A stretch of DNA of 64,000 nucleotides from assembly GCA_017937845.1 (NCBI GenBank), contig JAGBCV010000016.1, forward strand, positions 26,299 to 90,298, given 5' to 3'. Shown here piece after piece: positions 30,973-42,130 of the stretch. Numbering within the stretch: the first letter of the stretch is position 1; each line of letters starts with the position of its first letter. Below the pieces are notes generated by a model that made no database searches, was not told the DNA's origin, and saw only the letters and a program-made list of their open reading frames with translations. This DNA comes from Clostridia bacterium (GTDB taxonomy: Bacteria; Bacillota; Clostridia; Oscillospirales; CAG-272). A program made the translations under genes and the position numbers.

Positions 30973-31512
30973 ATGGCAAGACTTAAAGACTTATACAAAT
31001 CTGAAGTTGCTCCCGCATTGATGAAGAAATTCGCTTACAAGAGCCCCATGCAGATCCCGCGCCTTGACAAGATCGTCATCAACGTTGGCGCAGGCGACGC
31101 AAAGGACAATGCGAAAGTAATTGACAAGATCATCGAAGAAATCACACTCATCACCGGTCAGAAGGCAGTTCCGACTTACGCAAGAAAGTCCGTTGCTAAC
31201 TTCAAGCTCCGTCAGGGCATGAAGATCGGTGTTAAGGTAACACTTCGCGGCGATAGAATGTTCGAGTTCATGGACAGACTCTTCAATATCGCTCTCCCCC
31301 GTGTACGCGACTTCAAGGGTATCAACCCCAACGCGTTCGACGGTCGTGGTAACTACTCCCTCGGTCTCAAGGAACAGCTCATTTTCCCTGAAATCGAATA
31401 CGATAAGGTTGAAAAGTTCAGAGGCATGGATATCGCTTTTGTAACAACTGCAACCAATGACGAAGAAGCAAAAGAGCTCCTCACTCTCATGGGTGCTCCT
31501 TTCGCTAAATAA
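30973..31512 (+). CDS. rplE: 50S ribosomal protein L5
   Basis: [16 protein letters not shown]. Confidence 0.98.
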   Translation: MARLKDLYKSEVAPALMKKFAYKSPMQIPRLDKIVINVGAGDAKDNAKVIDKIIEEITLITGQKAVPTYARKSVANFKLRQGMKIGVKVTLRGDRMFEFMDRLFNIALPRVRDFKGINPNAFDGRGNYSLGLKEQLIFPEIEYDKVEKFRGMDIAFVTTATNDEEAKELLTLMGAPFAK

Positions 31513-31530
31513 TTATAGGAGGTAAGAATC

Positions 31531-31716
31531 ATGGCAAAGACTTCTATGAAAGTTAAGCAGCAGAGAGAACAGAAATTCTCCACAAGAGAATACAACCGCT
31601 GCAAGATTTGTGGTAGACCTCACGGCTATCTCCGCAAATTCGGCATTTGCCGTATCTGCTTCCGCGAGCTTGCTTACAAGGGTCAGATCCCCGGCGTTAA
31701 GAAAGCCAGCTGGTAA
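31531..31716 (+). CDS. rpsN: 30S ribosomal protein S14 type Z (zinc-binding)
   Basis: RCKICGR...CRICFRE. Confidence 0.98.
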   Translation: MAKTSMKVKQQREQKFSTREYNRCKICGRPHGYLRKFGICRICFRELAYKGQIPGVKKASW

Positions 31717-31893
31717 TTTTGTTTGGTAAGAGCCAAAGGCTCTCATCATAAAACGCTCCAATCTTGTCGAAAGGAAAGCGCATCGCTTTAACCATCGGCT
31801 CGCCGCCGGCGAAAAGCCGGCAGCAAGGATTAGGCGGCGGGAGAAAAGCTCTCCCATAACCCAAAACAACTTGCATAAAGGAGGAAAACAACA

Positions 31894-32292
31894 ATGCAAA
31901 TTTCAGACGTTATTGCAGACATGCTGACTCGTATCAGAAACGCAAACAACGCAAAACACGAAACCGTTGACGTTCCCGCTTCCAACATGAAGAAGGCTAT
32001 CGCTGATATCCTCAAAGAAGAAGGCTATATCGCAGGCTATCAGATCGTTGAAGACGGCAAACAGGGCGTTATCCGCATCACACTCAAATATGGTCGCGGC
32101 AAGCAGAGAGTGATTCAGGGTCTCCGTAGAATCTCTAAGCCCGGTCTTCGTATCTATTCCAACTGCGAAGATATGCCCAAGGTTATGAACGGCCTCGGCA
32201 TCGCTATCGTATCCACATCTAAGGGTATCATGACCGACAAAAAGGCTCGTGAACTCAACGTAGGCGGCGAAGTTCTCGCCTTTGTATGGTAA
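31894..32292 (+). CDS. rpsH: 30S ribosomal protein S8
   Basis: [19 protein letters not shown]. Confidence 0.98.
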   Translation: MQISDVIADMLTRIRNANNAKHETVDVPASNMKKAIADILKEEGYIAGYQIVEDGKQGVIRITLKYGRGKQRVIQGLRRISKPGLRIYSNCEDMPKVMNGLGIAIVSTSKGIMTDKKARELNVGGEVLAFVW

Positions 32293-32308
32293 TTAGGAGG
32301 TAAACGAA

Positions 32309-32848
32309 ATGTCCAGAATTGGTAGACAGACAATCACCGTTCCTGCTGGCGTAACCGTTACCGTTAACGAAGAAAACCTCGTTACCGTTAAAGGCGCAAA
32401 GGGAACACTCACCACTCAGATCAACAATAAAATCACAGTTTCCGTTGACGGCGCAGTTATCTCCGTAGCTCGCGCAGACGACGAACGCGAAACAAGATCC
32501 CTCCACGGTCTTTCCAGAACCCTCATCGCAAACATGATCGAGGGCGTTACCAAAGGTTATTCCAAGACTCTTGAAATCGTTGGTGTTGGTTACAAGGCTG
32601 CAAAATCCGGTAAGACTTTGACCCTTAACCTCGGTCATTCTCACCCGATCGTGTTCGAAGAAAAGGACGGCATCACATTTGACGTTCCCAACTCGACAAC
32701 AGTTGTTGTAAACGGTATCGACAAGCAGACTGTCGGTCAGATCGCCGCACAGATCCGCGAAAAGAGACCCCCGGAACCCTATCTTGGTAAGGGCGTTAAG
32801 TATGTTGGCGAACACATTCGCCGCAAAGCTGGTAAAACCGGTAAATAA
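32309..32848 (+). CDS. rplF: 50S ribosomal protein L6
   Basis: MSRIGR, PEPYLGKG. Confidence 0.98.
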   Translation: MSRIGRQTITVPAGVTVTVNEENLVTVKGAKGTLTTQINNKITVSVDGAVISVARADDERETRSLHGLSRTLIANMIEGVTKGYSKTLEIVGVGYKAAKSGKTLTLNLGHSHPIVFEEKDGITFDVPNSTTVVVNGIDKQTVGQIAAQIREKRPPEPYLGKGVKYVGEHIRRKAGKTGK

Positions 32849-32866
32849 TGAAAGGAGTGGAGTAAA

Positions 32867-33226
32867 ATGGTATCCAGAAAAGACAGCAATCAGGCTCGTC
32901 TCGCTCGTCATAAGAGAGTTCGCGCAAAGATCTCCGGTACCCCCGAAAGACCTCGTCTCTGCGTTTATCGCTCTCTCGCAAACATCAATGCTCAGATCAT
33001 TGACGACGTAAACGGCGTAACACTTGCATCCGCTTCCACCCTCGAAAAAGCTTTTGAAGGTAACGGCGGCAACAAAGACGCAGCTAAGAAAATCGGCTTG
33101 ACAATCGCAGAAAGAGCCCTCGCTAAGGGTATCACCGAAGTCGTATTCGACCGTGGTGGTTATGTTTACGAAGGCAGAGTAAAAGAACTTGCAGAAGGCG
33201 CCCGCGAAGGCGGACTTAAGTTCTGA
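32867..33226 (+). CDS. rplR: 50S ribosomal protein L18
   Basis: [17 protein letters not shown]. Confidence 0.98.
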   Translation: MVSRKDSNQARLARHKRVRAKISGTPERPRLCVYRSLANINAQIIDDVNGVTLASASTLEKAFEGNGGNKDAAKKIGLTIAERALAKGITEVVFDRGGYVYEGRVKELAEGAREGGLKF

Positions 33227-33240
33227 GGAGGAGGAATAAC

Positions 33241-33741
33241 ATGGCTAAAAGAATTGATCCGGCAACTCTCGAACTCAAAGAAGTTACCGTTGCTACAAAC
33301 CGTGTTTCCAAAACCGTAAAGGGCGGTCGTATCGCACGCCAGACTGCAATCATGGTTGTCGGTGACGAAAACGGTCACGTAGGCTACGGTCTTGGAAAAG
33401 CATCCGAATATCCCGAAGCGATCCGCAAGGGTATCGAAGATGCAAAGAAAAATATTATCGAAGTATCCCTCAAGGGTACAACAATCCCGCACGAAGTTAT
33501 CGGTGAATACGGCGCAGCAAGAGTTATCTTGAAGCCCGCTGCTCCCGGTACCGGTGTCATCGCAGGTGGTACTGTTCGTGCAGTTGTTCAGATGGCAGGC
33601 ATCAAGGACATTCGTGCAAAATGCCTCCGTTCCAGCAACCCTTCCAACGTTGTAAAGGCAACATTTGAAGGTCTCAAGGCTCTCCGCACTGCTGAAGAAG
33701 TTGCAGCAATGCGCGGCGTTGACAAAGAAACATTGAAATAA
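33241..33741 (+). CDS. rpsE: 30S ribosomal protein S5
   Basis: [19 protein letters not shown]. Confidence 0.98.
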   Translation: MAKRIDPATLELKEVTVATNRVSKTVKGGRIARQTAIMVVGDENGHVGYGLGKASEYPEAIRKGIEDAKKNIIEVSLKGTTIPHEVIGEYGAARVILKPAAPGTGVIAGGTVRAVVQMAGIKDIRAKCLRSSNPSNVVKATFEGLKALRTAEEVAAMRGVDKETLK

Positions 33742-33755
33742 GGAGGCTAACTGAG

Positions 33756-33935
33756 ATGGAACAGATCAAAATCACACTCACAGGAAGCCTTATCGGTTCT
33801 AGCCCTAAGCAGAAGGCTGTTGCTAAGTCTCTCGGTCTTGCAAAGATCGGTGATACCACCGTTCAGGCAAACGACGCTTGCGTTATGGGTAAAGTTAAAC
33901 TTGTTGCTCACCTTGTTAAGGTGGAAAATGTATAA
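33756..33935 (+). CDS. rpmD: 50S ribosomal protein L30
   Basis: Manual translation MEQIKITLTGSLIG...SLGLAKIG...VAHLVKVENV (59 aa, below ORF cutoff). Confidence 0.95.
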   Translation: MEQIKITLTGSLIGSSPKQKAVAKSLGLAKIGDTTVQANDACVMGKVKLVAHLVKVENV

Positions 33936-33947
33936 TCTCGTTATACA

Positions 33948-33976
33948 TTGAAAATTATCGAAAGTATTGTTAAAAT
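33948..33976 (+). promoter_or_regulatory. internal promoter upstream of rplO-secY
   Basis: TTGAAA-17-TAAAAT with extended TG. Confidence 0.55.
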
Positions 33977-34000
33977 TCACAGTATAAGGAGGATACAGAA

Positions 34001-34441
34001 ATGAAGCTTCATGAACTTTCTCCCGCAGAAGGCTCCGCAAAAGCCGCTTGGCGTAAGGGTAGAGGTGCAGGCTCCGGTAACGGCAAGACTGCCGGCAAGG
34101 GCCACAAGGGTCAGAACGCTCGTTCCGGCGGCGGTGTAAGACTCGGTTTTGAAGGCGGTCAGATCCCGCTTTACAGAAGACTTCCCAAGAGAGGTTTCAC
34201 AAACGTTTTCGCTACAACATACGCAATCGTGAATGTTGAAGCATTGAACGCTTTCGAAGACGGTGCTGTTGTTAACGCAGAAGCACTTCTCGAAAAAGGT
34301 ATTATCAAGAAAGCACTTGACGGCGTTAAGATTCTCGGCCGTGGTGAACTCACCAAGAAAGTAACTGTTCAGGCTGCAATTTTCTCTGCAAGCGCAAAAG
34401 AGAAGATTGAATCCGTAGGCGGAAAGTGCGAGGTGGTATAA
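34001..34441 (+). CDS. rplO: 50S ribosomal protein L15
   Basis: [18 protein letters not shown]. Confidence 0.98.
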   Translation: MKLHELSPAEGSAKAAWRKGRGAGSGNGKTAGKGHKGQNARSGGGVRLGFEGGQIPLYRRLPKRGFTNVFATTYAIVNVEALNAFEDGAVVNAEALLEKGIIKKALDGVKILGRGELTKKVTVQAAIFSASAKEKIESVGGKCEVV

Positions 34442-35803
34442 GTGTTCAAAACACTGAGAAACGCGTGGGCAATTCCCGAACTTAGACGTAAGCTTTTGTT
34501 CACACTTTTCATCGTTTTCTTATACCGCGTAGGCGCAGCTATCCCGATTCCCTTTATTGACTATGCTGCTATGCAGCAGACAGCCGCTTGGTATAGCGAA
34601 GGTATTTTCTCTTACCTCAATATCCTTTCCGGCTATGCCTTTTCTCAGGCAACCTTACTTGCTCTCTCCGTAACACCGTATATCAACGCGTCCATCATTA
34701 TGCAGCTTCTCACGATCGCGCTCCCGCCTCTTGAAAAGCTCGCTAAGAATGGCGAAGAAGGCAAGAAGAAAATCGAAAAAATCACCCGTTACGTAACGAT
34801 CGCAATCGCGCTCATTACATCTTACGGTTACTACACCATTCTCGGTTCCGAAGCAGTTACCGGTGTTGCCGGCGGCTTCCTCGTTTATACCGAGGGCGCA
34901 GCTAAATGGTTCTCTATGATCGTTATGGTTGCGTGCTACACAGCAGGCGCTTGCCTCGTTATGTGGCTCGGCGAAAGAATCGACGAACAGGGTATCGGCA
35001 ACGGTATCTCCATGATCCTTTTCGCCAACATCGTATCCGGCTTGCCGAGTACATTCTCTACTTTCGCTCAGAACCTCAACAACGTCAACCACGGTTCCTT
35101 CATCTACAAGGGTCAGGTTATCCCGGTTTGGCTCCAGATCATCCTCTGGGTTGCGGTTATCGCGATCATGGTAGGTTCTCTCGTATTCGTGACTTATATG
35201 TCCGATGCAGAAAGAAGAATTCCGATCCAGTATGCAAAACGCACCGTTGGCAGAAAGCAGTACGGTGGTCAGAGCTCCAATCTCCCGATCAAGCTCAATA
35301 TGTCCGGTGTTATGCCGATCATCTTTGCGAGCACGATCATCTCTCTCCCCCTCACCATCATGCAGTTTGCAGGTGTTAAGAGCACGAACTTCTTCTACAA
35401 GGTATTCTCTCCCGCAGGCAGCTTCTGGAGCCTTATCTATGTAGTATTGCTCTTCGCTCTTATCATTGCGTTTGCTTACTTCTATATCTCTATTTCCTTC
35501 AATCCTGTTGAGGTTTCCAATAACCTTATGCAGCAGGGCGGCTCGATCCCCGGCATTCGTCCCGGCAGACCGACAGCCCTTTACATTAAGAAGGTCCTCA
35601 ATAAGATTGTTCTTATGGGTGCGCTCTTCCTCGGCCTTGTCGCTTGTCTCCCGCTTCTCCTCAACATCTTCACAGGCGGTCTTTTGAACGTTGTTTCTTT
35701 CAGCGGTTCTACCCTCCTCATCGTTGTAGGTGTAATCCTCGAGACGGTACGCGAAATGGAAGCGCAGATGACCATGCGTCATTACAAAGGCTTCCTTGAT
35801 TAA
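34442..35803 (+). CDS. secY: preprotein translocase subunit SecY
   Basis: PYINASII, GIGNGIS, IPGIRPG; multiple TM segments. Confidence 0.98.
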   Translation: MFKTLRNAWAIPELRRKLLFTLFIVFLYRVGAAIPIPFIDYAAMQQTAAWYSEGIFSYLNILSGYAFSQATLLALSVTPYINASIIMQLLTIALPPLEKLAKNGEEGKKKIEKITRYVTIAIALITSYGYYTILGSEAVTGVAGGFLVYTEGAAKWFSMIVMVACYTAGACLVMWLGERIDEQGIGNGISMILFANIVSGLPSTFSTFAQNLNNVNHGSFIYKGQVIPVWLQIILWVAVIAIMVGSLVFVTYMSDAERRIPIQYAKRTVGRKQYGGQSSNLPIKLNMSGVMPIIFASTIISLPLTIMQFAGVKSTNFFYKVFSPAGSFWSLIYVVLLFALIIAFAYFYISISFNPVEVSNNLMQQGGSIPGIRPGRPTALYIKKVLNKIVLMGALFLGLVACLPLLLNIFTGGLLNVVSFSGSTLLIVVGVILETVREMEAQMTMRHYKGFLD

Positions 35804-35884
35804 GATATGAACTCCGACGGCACCCGCCACTCTCGGCGGATGTCCGTCCAACAAAAACCTTCACTTTGAAAGGAGACCCATAGT

Positions 35885-36526
35885 ATGAAACTTATGTTTC
35901 TTGGCGCTCCCGGCGCAGGAAAAGGTACACAGGCAGAAGTAGTTTCCGAACGTTACGAGATCCCCGCGATCTCCACAGGCGCGCTTCTTCGTGAAGCGAT
36001 GGCTGCGGGAACCGAATTCGGCCTCAAAGCGAAAAGCTATATCGACGGCGGTGCGCTCGTTCCCGATGAAGTCGTAATCGGCATCATCAAGGAAAGACTT
36101 GTCGCTGACGATTGCAAAAACGGATTTATTCTTGATGGTTTCCCGAGAACCGTTGCTCAGGCAAAGGCGCTCGACGAAATGGGCATCAAGATGGATGGCG
36201 TTATCAGCATCGAAGTTGAAGATGACGCGATCATTCGCAGACTTGGCGGACGCAGACTTTGCTCCAAATGCGGTTCGTCCTACCACGTCGAATACAAACC
36301 GACCGCGGTTGAAGGCAAGTGCGACAAATGCGACGGCGACCTTATGATTCGTTCCGATGATAAGCCCGAAGTTATCAAGAGCCGCCTTGACGTTTACCAC
36401 GATCAGACTGAGCCGCTGAAAGATTTCTATGCAGCAAAAGGCGTTTTGAAAACAGTTATCGGTCAGGAACAGATCGAAGATACGACTGCTCTTACAATCG
36501 CTGCGATTGAAAGCATCAGAGGTTAA
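35885..36526 (+). CDS. adk: adenylate kinase
   Basis: GAPGAGKGTQ, LDGFPRT, zinc lid CxxC. Confidence 0.98.
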   Translation: MKLMFLGAPGAGKGTQAEVVSERYEIPAISTGALLREAMAAGTEFGLKAKSYIDGGALVPDEVVIGIIKERLVADDCKNGFILDGFPRTVAQAKALDEMGIKMDGVISIEVEDDAIIRRLGGRRLCSKCGSSYHVEYKPTAVEGKCDKCDGDLMIRSDDKPEVIKSRLDVYHDQTEPLKDFYAAKGVLKTVIGQEQIEDTTALTIAAIESIRG

Positions 36527-36532
36527 TTACCG

Positions 36533-37285
36533 ATGGTTCAGGTCAAAAACAGCGAACAGTTGGCGAGTATGCGTAAAGCGGGAAGAATCACCGGTGAGGC
36601 GATTCTTGTGGCACGGGATCATATAAAAGAGGGGATCAGTACCAAAGAGCTTGATACGATCATCCGAAATTATATTGAAAAGTGCGGCGCAAAACCCTCG
36701 TTTCTCGGATACGGCGGTTTTCCCGGAAGTGCTTGCATCAGTATCAACAACGAAGTGATACACGGCATTCCGAGTGCCAAAAGATTCCTCGAAGAAGGCG
36801 ATATCGTCAAGATCGATGTCGGCGCTTATATCGGTGGTTTCCACGGAGACAGCGCGAACACCTTCGGTGTCGGAAAAATCAGCGCGGAAGCGCAAAAGCT
36901 CATAGATGTAACGCGTGAAAGTTTTTATCGCGGTGTGAAGATGGCTGTCAGCGGCAAGCGAGTCGGAGATATCGGTTCTGCGATCGCAAGCTACGCGGAG
37001 GGGCTCGGGTATGGAGTCGTCCGCAAGTTTGTAGGCCATGGCGTCGGAAAGAATTTGCACGAAGACCCTGAGGTTCCGAATTTCGGAACGGCGGGCAGAG
37101 GTGCAAGGCTCTATTCCGGTATGACCATTGCTGTCGAACCGATGATAAACTGTGGCACTCGAGAGGTCAAGGTGCTTGACGACGAGTGGACAGTCGTAAC
37201 GGCAGACGGATCGCTTTCAGCGCATTATGAACACACGATCGCCATTGCAGACGGTGAGCCGTTGCTGCTGACGTTTGTTGAATGA
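36533..37285 (+). CDS. map: methionine aminopeptidase type I
   Basis: HGIP, GHGVG..LHEDP, SAHYEHT. Confidence 0.97.
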   Translation: MVQVKNSEQLASMRKAGRITGEAILVARDHIKEGISTKELDTIIRNYIEKCGAKPSFLGYGGFPGSACISINNEVIHGIPSAKRFLEEGDIVKIDVGAYIGGFHGDSANTFGVGKISAEAQKLIDVTRESFYRGVKMAVSGKRVGDIGSAIASYAEGLGYGVVRKFVGHGVGKNLHEDPEVPNFGTAGRGARLYSGMTIAVEPMINCGTREVKVLDDEWTVVTADGSLSAHYEHTIAIADGEPLLLTFVE

Positions 37286-37292
37286 TTTCGAT

Positions 37293-37616
37293 ATGAAGAA
37301 AAAACGGCAAAAAGATCAGATATCTTCCGTCGCTCCCGACTATCGGGACGCGCGGGTCGGAGATGTCGCGGTTTCCACGGCTGGCCACGATGCGGGACTT
37401 CTCCTTGTGGTCGTGGCGGGAATAGATGATAAGTATGTCCTTGTCGCCGATGGAAAACACCGCAAGCTTATCGCACCGAAGAAAAAGCAGATGCAGCATT
37501 TAAGCATTCTTACGAAACTTAGCAAAGAGGACAAGGAAAAGCTCATGGCGCGAGAAGTCAATGACAGCTTTCTCCGCAAAAAGCTTTCCTCCCTCGACCT
37601 TGCTGGTTTCACCTAA
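37293..37616 (+). CDS. KOW-domain RNA-binding protein (L14e-like)
   Basis: STAGHDAG, ADGKHRKL..PKKK..HL; usual position between map and infA. Confidence 0.85.
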   Translation: MKKKRQKDQISSVAPDYRDARVGDVAVSTAGHDAGLLLVVVAGIDDKYVLVADGKHRKLIAPKKKQMQHLSILTKLSKEDKEKLMAREVNDSFLRKKLSSLDLAGFT

Positions 37617-37657
37617 GTTAAATTTACGAATAACATTCCGAATTTAAGGAGGGGCTT

Positions 37658-37882
37658 ATGCCAAAGGACGATGTTATGGAATTTGAAGGTACGGTTGTAG
37701 AGGCAATGCCCGGCGCTACCTTCAAAGTGAAGCTTCCCAACGGACATATCGTTTTGTCCCAGATTTCCGGTAAGCTTCGTATGAATTCAATTCAGATCGT
37801 TCCGGGTGACAGAGTTACCGTTGAAGTTTCCATTTATGACCTGAACAAGGGTCGTATCACATGGAGACTCCGCGAAAGCTGA
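37658..37882 (+). CDS. infA: translation initiation factor IF-1
   Basis: [23 protein letters not shown]. Confidence 0.97.
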   Translation: MPKDDVMEFEGTVVEAMPGATFKVKLPNGHIVLSQISGKLRMNSIQIVPGDRVTVEVSIYDLNKGRITWRLRES

Positions 37883-37938
37883 TCACTTGGGATCTTACTT
37901 CTAAAAATCAATCTAATGAAAGGAACGGTGTAATACAC

Positions 37939-38052
37939 ATGAAAGTTAAACCTTCCGTTAAAAAGATTTGCAATAAATGCAAAATTATCAAGAGAAAAGG
38001 CCATGTTATGGTAATTTGCGAAAACCCCAAGCACAAGCAGAAACAGGGTTAA
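37939..38052 (+). CDS. rpmJ: 50S ribosomal protein L36
   Basis: [14 protein letters not shown]...HKQKQG. Confidence 0.98.
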   Translation: MKVKPSVKKICNKCKIIKRKGHVMVICENPKHKQKQG

Positions 38053-38085
38053 CGCACAGTTGGAAAAGGGAGGTGTATTTCCAGA

Positions 38086-38454
38086 ATGGCACGTATAGCT
38101 GGTGTTGAAATTCCGAATCAGAAGAGAGTTGAAATCGGTCTTACCTATATTTACGGTATCGGCAGAACAACCTCTAACAAAATCCTTGAAAAGACCGGTA
38201 TCAATCCTGATACTCGTTGCAAGGATCTCACAGAAGATGACGTTTCCAAGCTCCGTGATGAAATCGAAAACTACCACGTTGTAGAGGGTGACCTCCGTCG
38301 TGACGTTGCGATCGACATCAAGAGAATGGTAGAAATCGGTTGCTACCGCGGTGTAAGACATAGAAAAGGTCTTCCTGTTCGCGGTCAGAGAACCAAAACC
38401 AATGCAAGAACCAGAAAAGGTCCTGCAAAGACAATCGCTAATAAGAAGAAATAA
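38086..38454 (+). CDS. rpsM: 30S ribosomal protein S13
   Basis: [24 protein letters not shown]. Confidence 0.98.
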   Translation: MARIAGVEIPNQKRVEIGLTYIYGIGRTTSNKILEKTGINPDTRCKDLTEDDVSKLRDEIENYHVVEGDLRRDVAIDIKRMVEIGCYRGVRHRKGLPVRGQRTKTNARTRKGPAKTIANKKK

Positions 38455-38475
38455 TTAAGGAGTGATAGATAAGCA

Positions 38476-38874
38476 ATGGCTAAGGTTACAGCAAAAAAAG
38501 TAGTCAGAAAACGCCGCGAACGTAAAAACGTCGAAAAAGGCGCTGCACACATCCGTGCGACTTATAACAACACGATCGTTACTATCACTGATGTAAACGG
38601 CAACGCAGTTTCTTGGGCTTCCGCAGGTGAACTCGGCTTCAAGGGCTCCAGAAAATCCACTGCATTCGCAGCTCAGATGGCAGCTGAAACTGCTGCTAAG
38701 ATCGCAGTTGACAACGGTATGAAGACTGTTGAAGTTTACGTAAAGGGTCCCGGTCAGGGCAGAGAATCCGCTATCCGCGCACTTCAGACTCAGGGTCTTG
38801 AAATCACGGTTATCCGCGACGTAACTCCTGTTCCTCACAACGGTTGCAGACCGCCCAAAATCAGACGCGTATAA
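38476..38874 (+). CDS. rpsK: 30S ribosomal protein S11
   Basis: [18 protein letters not shown]. Confidence 0.98.
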   Translation: MAKVTAKKVVRKRRERKNVEKGAAHIRATYNNTIVTITDVNGNAVSWASAGELGFKGSRKSTAFAAQMAAETAAKIAVDNGMKTVEVYVKGPGQGRESAIRALQTQGLEITVIRDVTPVPHNGCRPPKIRRV

Positions 38875-38889
38875 TTTAGGAGGCTTATT

Positions 38890-39519
38890 ATGGCAAGATA
38901 TACAGGTCCTGTATGTAGAATGTGCCGTAGAGAAGGCACTAAGCTCTACCTCAAAGGTGAGCGTTGCTTGACAGACAAATGCCCCGTTGCTCGCCGCGGT
39001 ACAGTTCCCGGTCAGCATGGCGCAGCTCAGTCCAGAAAGCAGAAAGAATATTGGATGCAGCTTCGTGAAAAACAGAAAGCTAAGAGATACTACGGCGTTC
39101 TCGAAAAACAGTTCGCTAACTATTTTGAAATCGCCGACAAAAAAGAAGGTCAGACCGGTGAAAACCTCCTCTGCCTCCTTGAAAGAAGATTTGACAACGT
39201 TGTTTACAGAATGGGTCTTGCAGAAAGCCGCAAGGAAGCAAGACAGCTTGTAACACACGGTCACTTCACCATCAACGGTAAGAAAGCAAACATTCCTTCG
39301 ATCATCATCAAGCAGGGTGATGTAGTTGCTCTCGCTGAATCCAGCCGTGATTCCGAAAAGTTCAAAACACTTCTCGAACTCATGGAAACCAAGGTTGCTC
39401 CCAAGTGGCTTGAAGTGGATAAGGCAAAGGCTTCCGCTAAGGTAATCGCTCTTCCCGGCAGAGAAGACGTTGACTTCCCGTTCGAAGAACACCTCATCGT
39501 CGAGTTGTACTCCAAATAA
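38890..39519 (+). CDS. rpsD: 30S ribosomal protein S4
   Basis: [25 protein letters not shown]. Confidence 0.98.
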   Translation: MARYTGPVCRMCRREGTKLYLKGERCLTDKCPVARRGTVPGQHGAAQSRKQKEYWMQLREKQKAKRYYGVLEKQFANYFEIADKKEGQTGENLLCLLERRFDNVVYRMGLAESRKEARQLVTHGHFTINGKKANIPSIIIKQGDVVALAESSRDSEKFKTLLELMETKVAPKWLEVDKAKASAKVIALPGREDVDFPFEEHLIVELYSK

Positions 39520-39658
39520 TAACCCCCGAGGGTTGCCCCCAAGGTATCCCCGATGCGTGTTTGCTCTCGGTGGGGTTTTTGGTAACTCCCGAGCGCTGTG
39601 CATCAGACATAATGCAAAATTCTTTTTGTATTCTACTATTAGAAGGAGGGTTAGTTAG

Positions 39659-40624
39659 ATGATTGAAATTGAAAGACCGAATATTACTGCCGTAGAAACG
39701 GACGAAAACTCCAAGAAGGGTACGTTTGTACTGGAACCTCTCGAAAGAGGTTATGGCGTTACACTTGGTAACTCCCTCAGAAGAGTGCTTCTCAGCTCTC
39801 TCCCCGGCGTTGCTGTTGTCAGCATCAAGATCGATGGCTGCGACAAGGACGTTCTTCATGAGTTCTCGACGGTTCCCGGCGTAAAAGAAGATGTCTGCGA
39901 AATCGTTTTGAACGTAAAGGGTATCACCGCGAAGCTTTATGCTTCCTCCGCAAAGACCGTCGTCATCGACATAACCGGTCAGAAGGACGTTAAGGCGGGC
40001 GATATCATTTGCGATGCCGATATTGAAATTTTGAACCCCGACCACCATATCGCAACCGTTTCCGAAGGCGTTCGCTTCCGTATGGAGCTTACCTTTGACC
40101 ACGGCCGCGGCTATGTTTCTCAGGACAAAAACAAACAGACCTATTCCGCAGGTCAGATCGGCGTAATTTTTGTAGATTCTATATTCACCCCTGTTTACAA
40201 TGTAAGCTATAAGGTGGATCCCACCCGTGTCGGCAACGTTGTCGACTACGATAAGCTGACACTTGATGTTTTGACGAACGGTACTCTCTCTGCAAGAGAA
40301 GCGGTATCGCTCGGAGCCAAGATACTCAACGAACATCTCAACCTCTTTGTTGAACTTTCCGATGAAGCAAAGAGTGCAGAGATCATGGTTGAAAGAGAAG
40401 AAACCAAGAAAGAAAAAGTCCTTGAGATGACCATTGAGGAGCTTGATCTGTCTGTCCGCAGTTTCAACTGCTTGAAACGCGCAGGCATTGATACTGTTGA
40501 AGATCTTACATTGAGCTCTGAGGCGGATATGATGAAAGTCAGAAACCTCGGTAAAAAATCGCTTGATGAGGTTATCCAGAAACTCCACTCGCTTGGACTG
40601 AGTCTGAAAAAAGATGAAGACTGA
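39659..40624 (+). CDS. rpoA: RNA polymerase subunit alpha
   Basis: [29 protein letters not shown]. Confidence 0.98.
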   Translation: MIEIERPNITAVETDENSKKGTFVLEPLERGYGVTLGNSLRRVLLSSLPGVAVVSIKIDGCDKDVLHEFSTVPGVKEDVCEIVLNVKGITAKLYASSAKTVVIDITGQKDVKAGDIICDADIEILNPDHHIATVSEGVRFRMELTFDHGRGYVSQDKNKQTYSAGQIGVIFVDSIFTPVYNVSYKVDPTRVGNVVDYDKLTLDVLTNGTLSAREAVSLGAKILNEHLNLFVELSDEAKSAEIMVEREETKKEKVLEMTIEELDLSVRSFNCLKRAGIDTVEDLTLSSEADMMKVRNLGKKSLDEVIQKLHSLGLSLKKDED

Positions 40625-40701
40625 GTCTTCGGTGGAAACATCAACAAACAGAAATTTTTCGGTGAATCCTTTATAAATTCAGGCAAAGGAGGAAAAGTAT
40701 A

Positions 40702-41043
40702 ATGCCCGGAACCAGAAAACTCGGCAGACCTACTGCCCACAGAATGGCTATGCTCAGAGGCATGGTAACATTGCTTCTCGAAAACGGTTCGATTGAAACA
40801 ACCGCTACCAGAGCAAAGGAAGTAAAAGCTTTGGCAGATAAAATGATTACTCTCGGCAAGAAGAACACACTTGCTTCTCGTCGTGAAGCTCTTTCCTTTA
40901 TCACAAAGGAAGACGTTGTTAAAAAACTTTTCGATGAAATCGCTCCTGCTTACGCAGAAAGAAACGGCGGTTACACAGCTGTTTACAAGACAGGTCCCCG
41001 TCGCGGCGACGCTGCTGAAATGGCAATCGTTAAGCTTATCTAA
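40702..41043 (+). CDS. rplQ: 50S ribosomal protein L17
   Basis: RKLGR, RNGGYT, RRGDAA. Confidence 0.98.
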   Translation: MPGTRKLGRPTAHRMAMLRGMVTLLLENGSIETTATRAKEVKALADKMITLGKKNTLASRREALSFITKEDVVKKLFDEIAPAYAERNGGYTAVYKTGPRRGDAAEMAIVKLI

Positions 41044-41057
41044 TTTAAGTGCATAAC

Positions 41058-41098
41058 AAAAACCGAAAGCGTATTCGCGAGACGCTTTCGGTTTTTTT
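41058..41098. terminator. bidirectional intrinsic terminator
   Basis: AAAAACCGAAAGCGT...ACGCTTTCGGTTTTT between convergent rplQ and araC-like genes. Confidence 0.85.
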
Positions 41099-41101
41099 GT
41101 A

Positions 41102-41983
41102 TCAATCGCTCTCGTCGTTTTGCCGTGCTTGTACGTGCGGAAGATCGGCGATGGGCGATATTCGCTTTTTTGTGGAGGTCGGTGCCATGCTGAAATGCTT
41201 TTTATAAAGACGGAAAAAGGATGAATAATCACGGAAGCCGCAGGAAAGCGCGGCTGTTTGTGCGCTTTCGCCGTTTGCGATCATCTCGCGCGCAAGGATC
41301 ATGCGCTTGAGCAGGATATAATGATAGACGGAGGAGCCTGTGGATTCTTTGAAAATGCGATTGATTTGGGAAGGGCTCATGTGGATATATGCGGATAACG
41401 ATGTCAAGGAAAGGTCGGAAAGAAGATTTTCGTTGATGTAGGTGATCAGTTCATTGCCGATCTTTGTATATTTCGGGGTCACGACGTTTCCTTTTCGGAC
41501 AAATGCGACATTGATGGAACAAAGCAGGGAGGCGAGATTGGCAAGCAGAACCTCTTTTTTTGGCAGCAATTTCGCTTCTTCGCAAATTTTGCGAAAGCAG
41601 ACGCTCGCATCGATCCCTTCAAGCTCTGATGGAAGATACAGATTGTGTGCGCCAAGAGGTCTATCGTAAAACGGACGTAAAAGCGAGGTGGAAAACCCCG
41701 TTTTTTCAAAAAGCTCTTGATGAAAATTCAGTGTGAAGCGTTCATAGCGATCAAGTCCGCCTAAAACAAGCGTGTGTGATTCCGACGGGCGCATCAGAAG
41801 CAATGCTCCCGGAAAAAGCTCATAAACAGTTCCTTCTACCATATAACGTGCATTGCCTGAAACAAAACAGACAATTTCATAATTATCATGCATGTGCATA
41901 AAATAATCTGTTGTTTTCGGTGGATCATCGATTGCATGATACAACCAAAAATGATCTCCCACACATTCGTTGACGATTGGCAT
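41102..41983 (-). CDS. AraC family transcriptional regulator
   Basis: Cupin HMHDNYE; C-terminal CGFRDYSSFFRLYKK. Confidence 0.92.
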   Translation of the reverse strand: MPIVNECVGDHFWLYHAIDDPPKTTDYFMHMHDNYEIVCFVSGNARYMVEGTVYELFPGALLLMRPSESHTLVLGGLDRYERFTLNFHQELFEKTGFSTSLLRPFYDRPLGAHNLYLPSELEGIDASVCFRKICEEAKLLPKKEVLLANLASLLCSINVAFVRKGNVVTPKYTKIGNELITYINENLLSDLSLTSLSAYIHMSPSQINRIFKESTGSSVYHYILLKRMILAREMIANGESAQTAALSCGFRDYSSFFRLYKKHFSMAPTSTKKRISPIADLPHVQARQNDESD

Positions 41984-42130
41984 ACGTTTCTCCCCCTTTC
42001 GTTTTTGTATGTATATTTTATCGCATTATGCGCGAAAATACAATATAAATTTTCAAAATTGCAATTTCATTGTAAAAGAAAACATGGTATACTATATATA
42101 TCATAGAAAACGAAAAGGAGTTCTTGGCTT

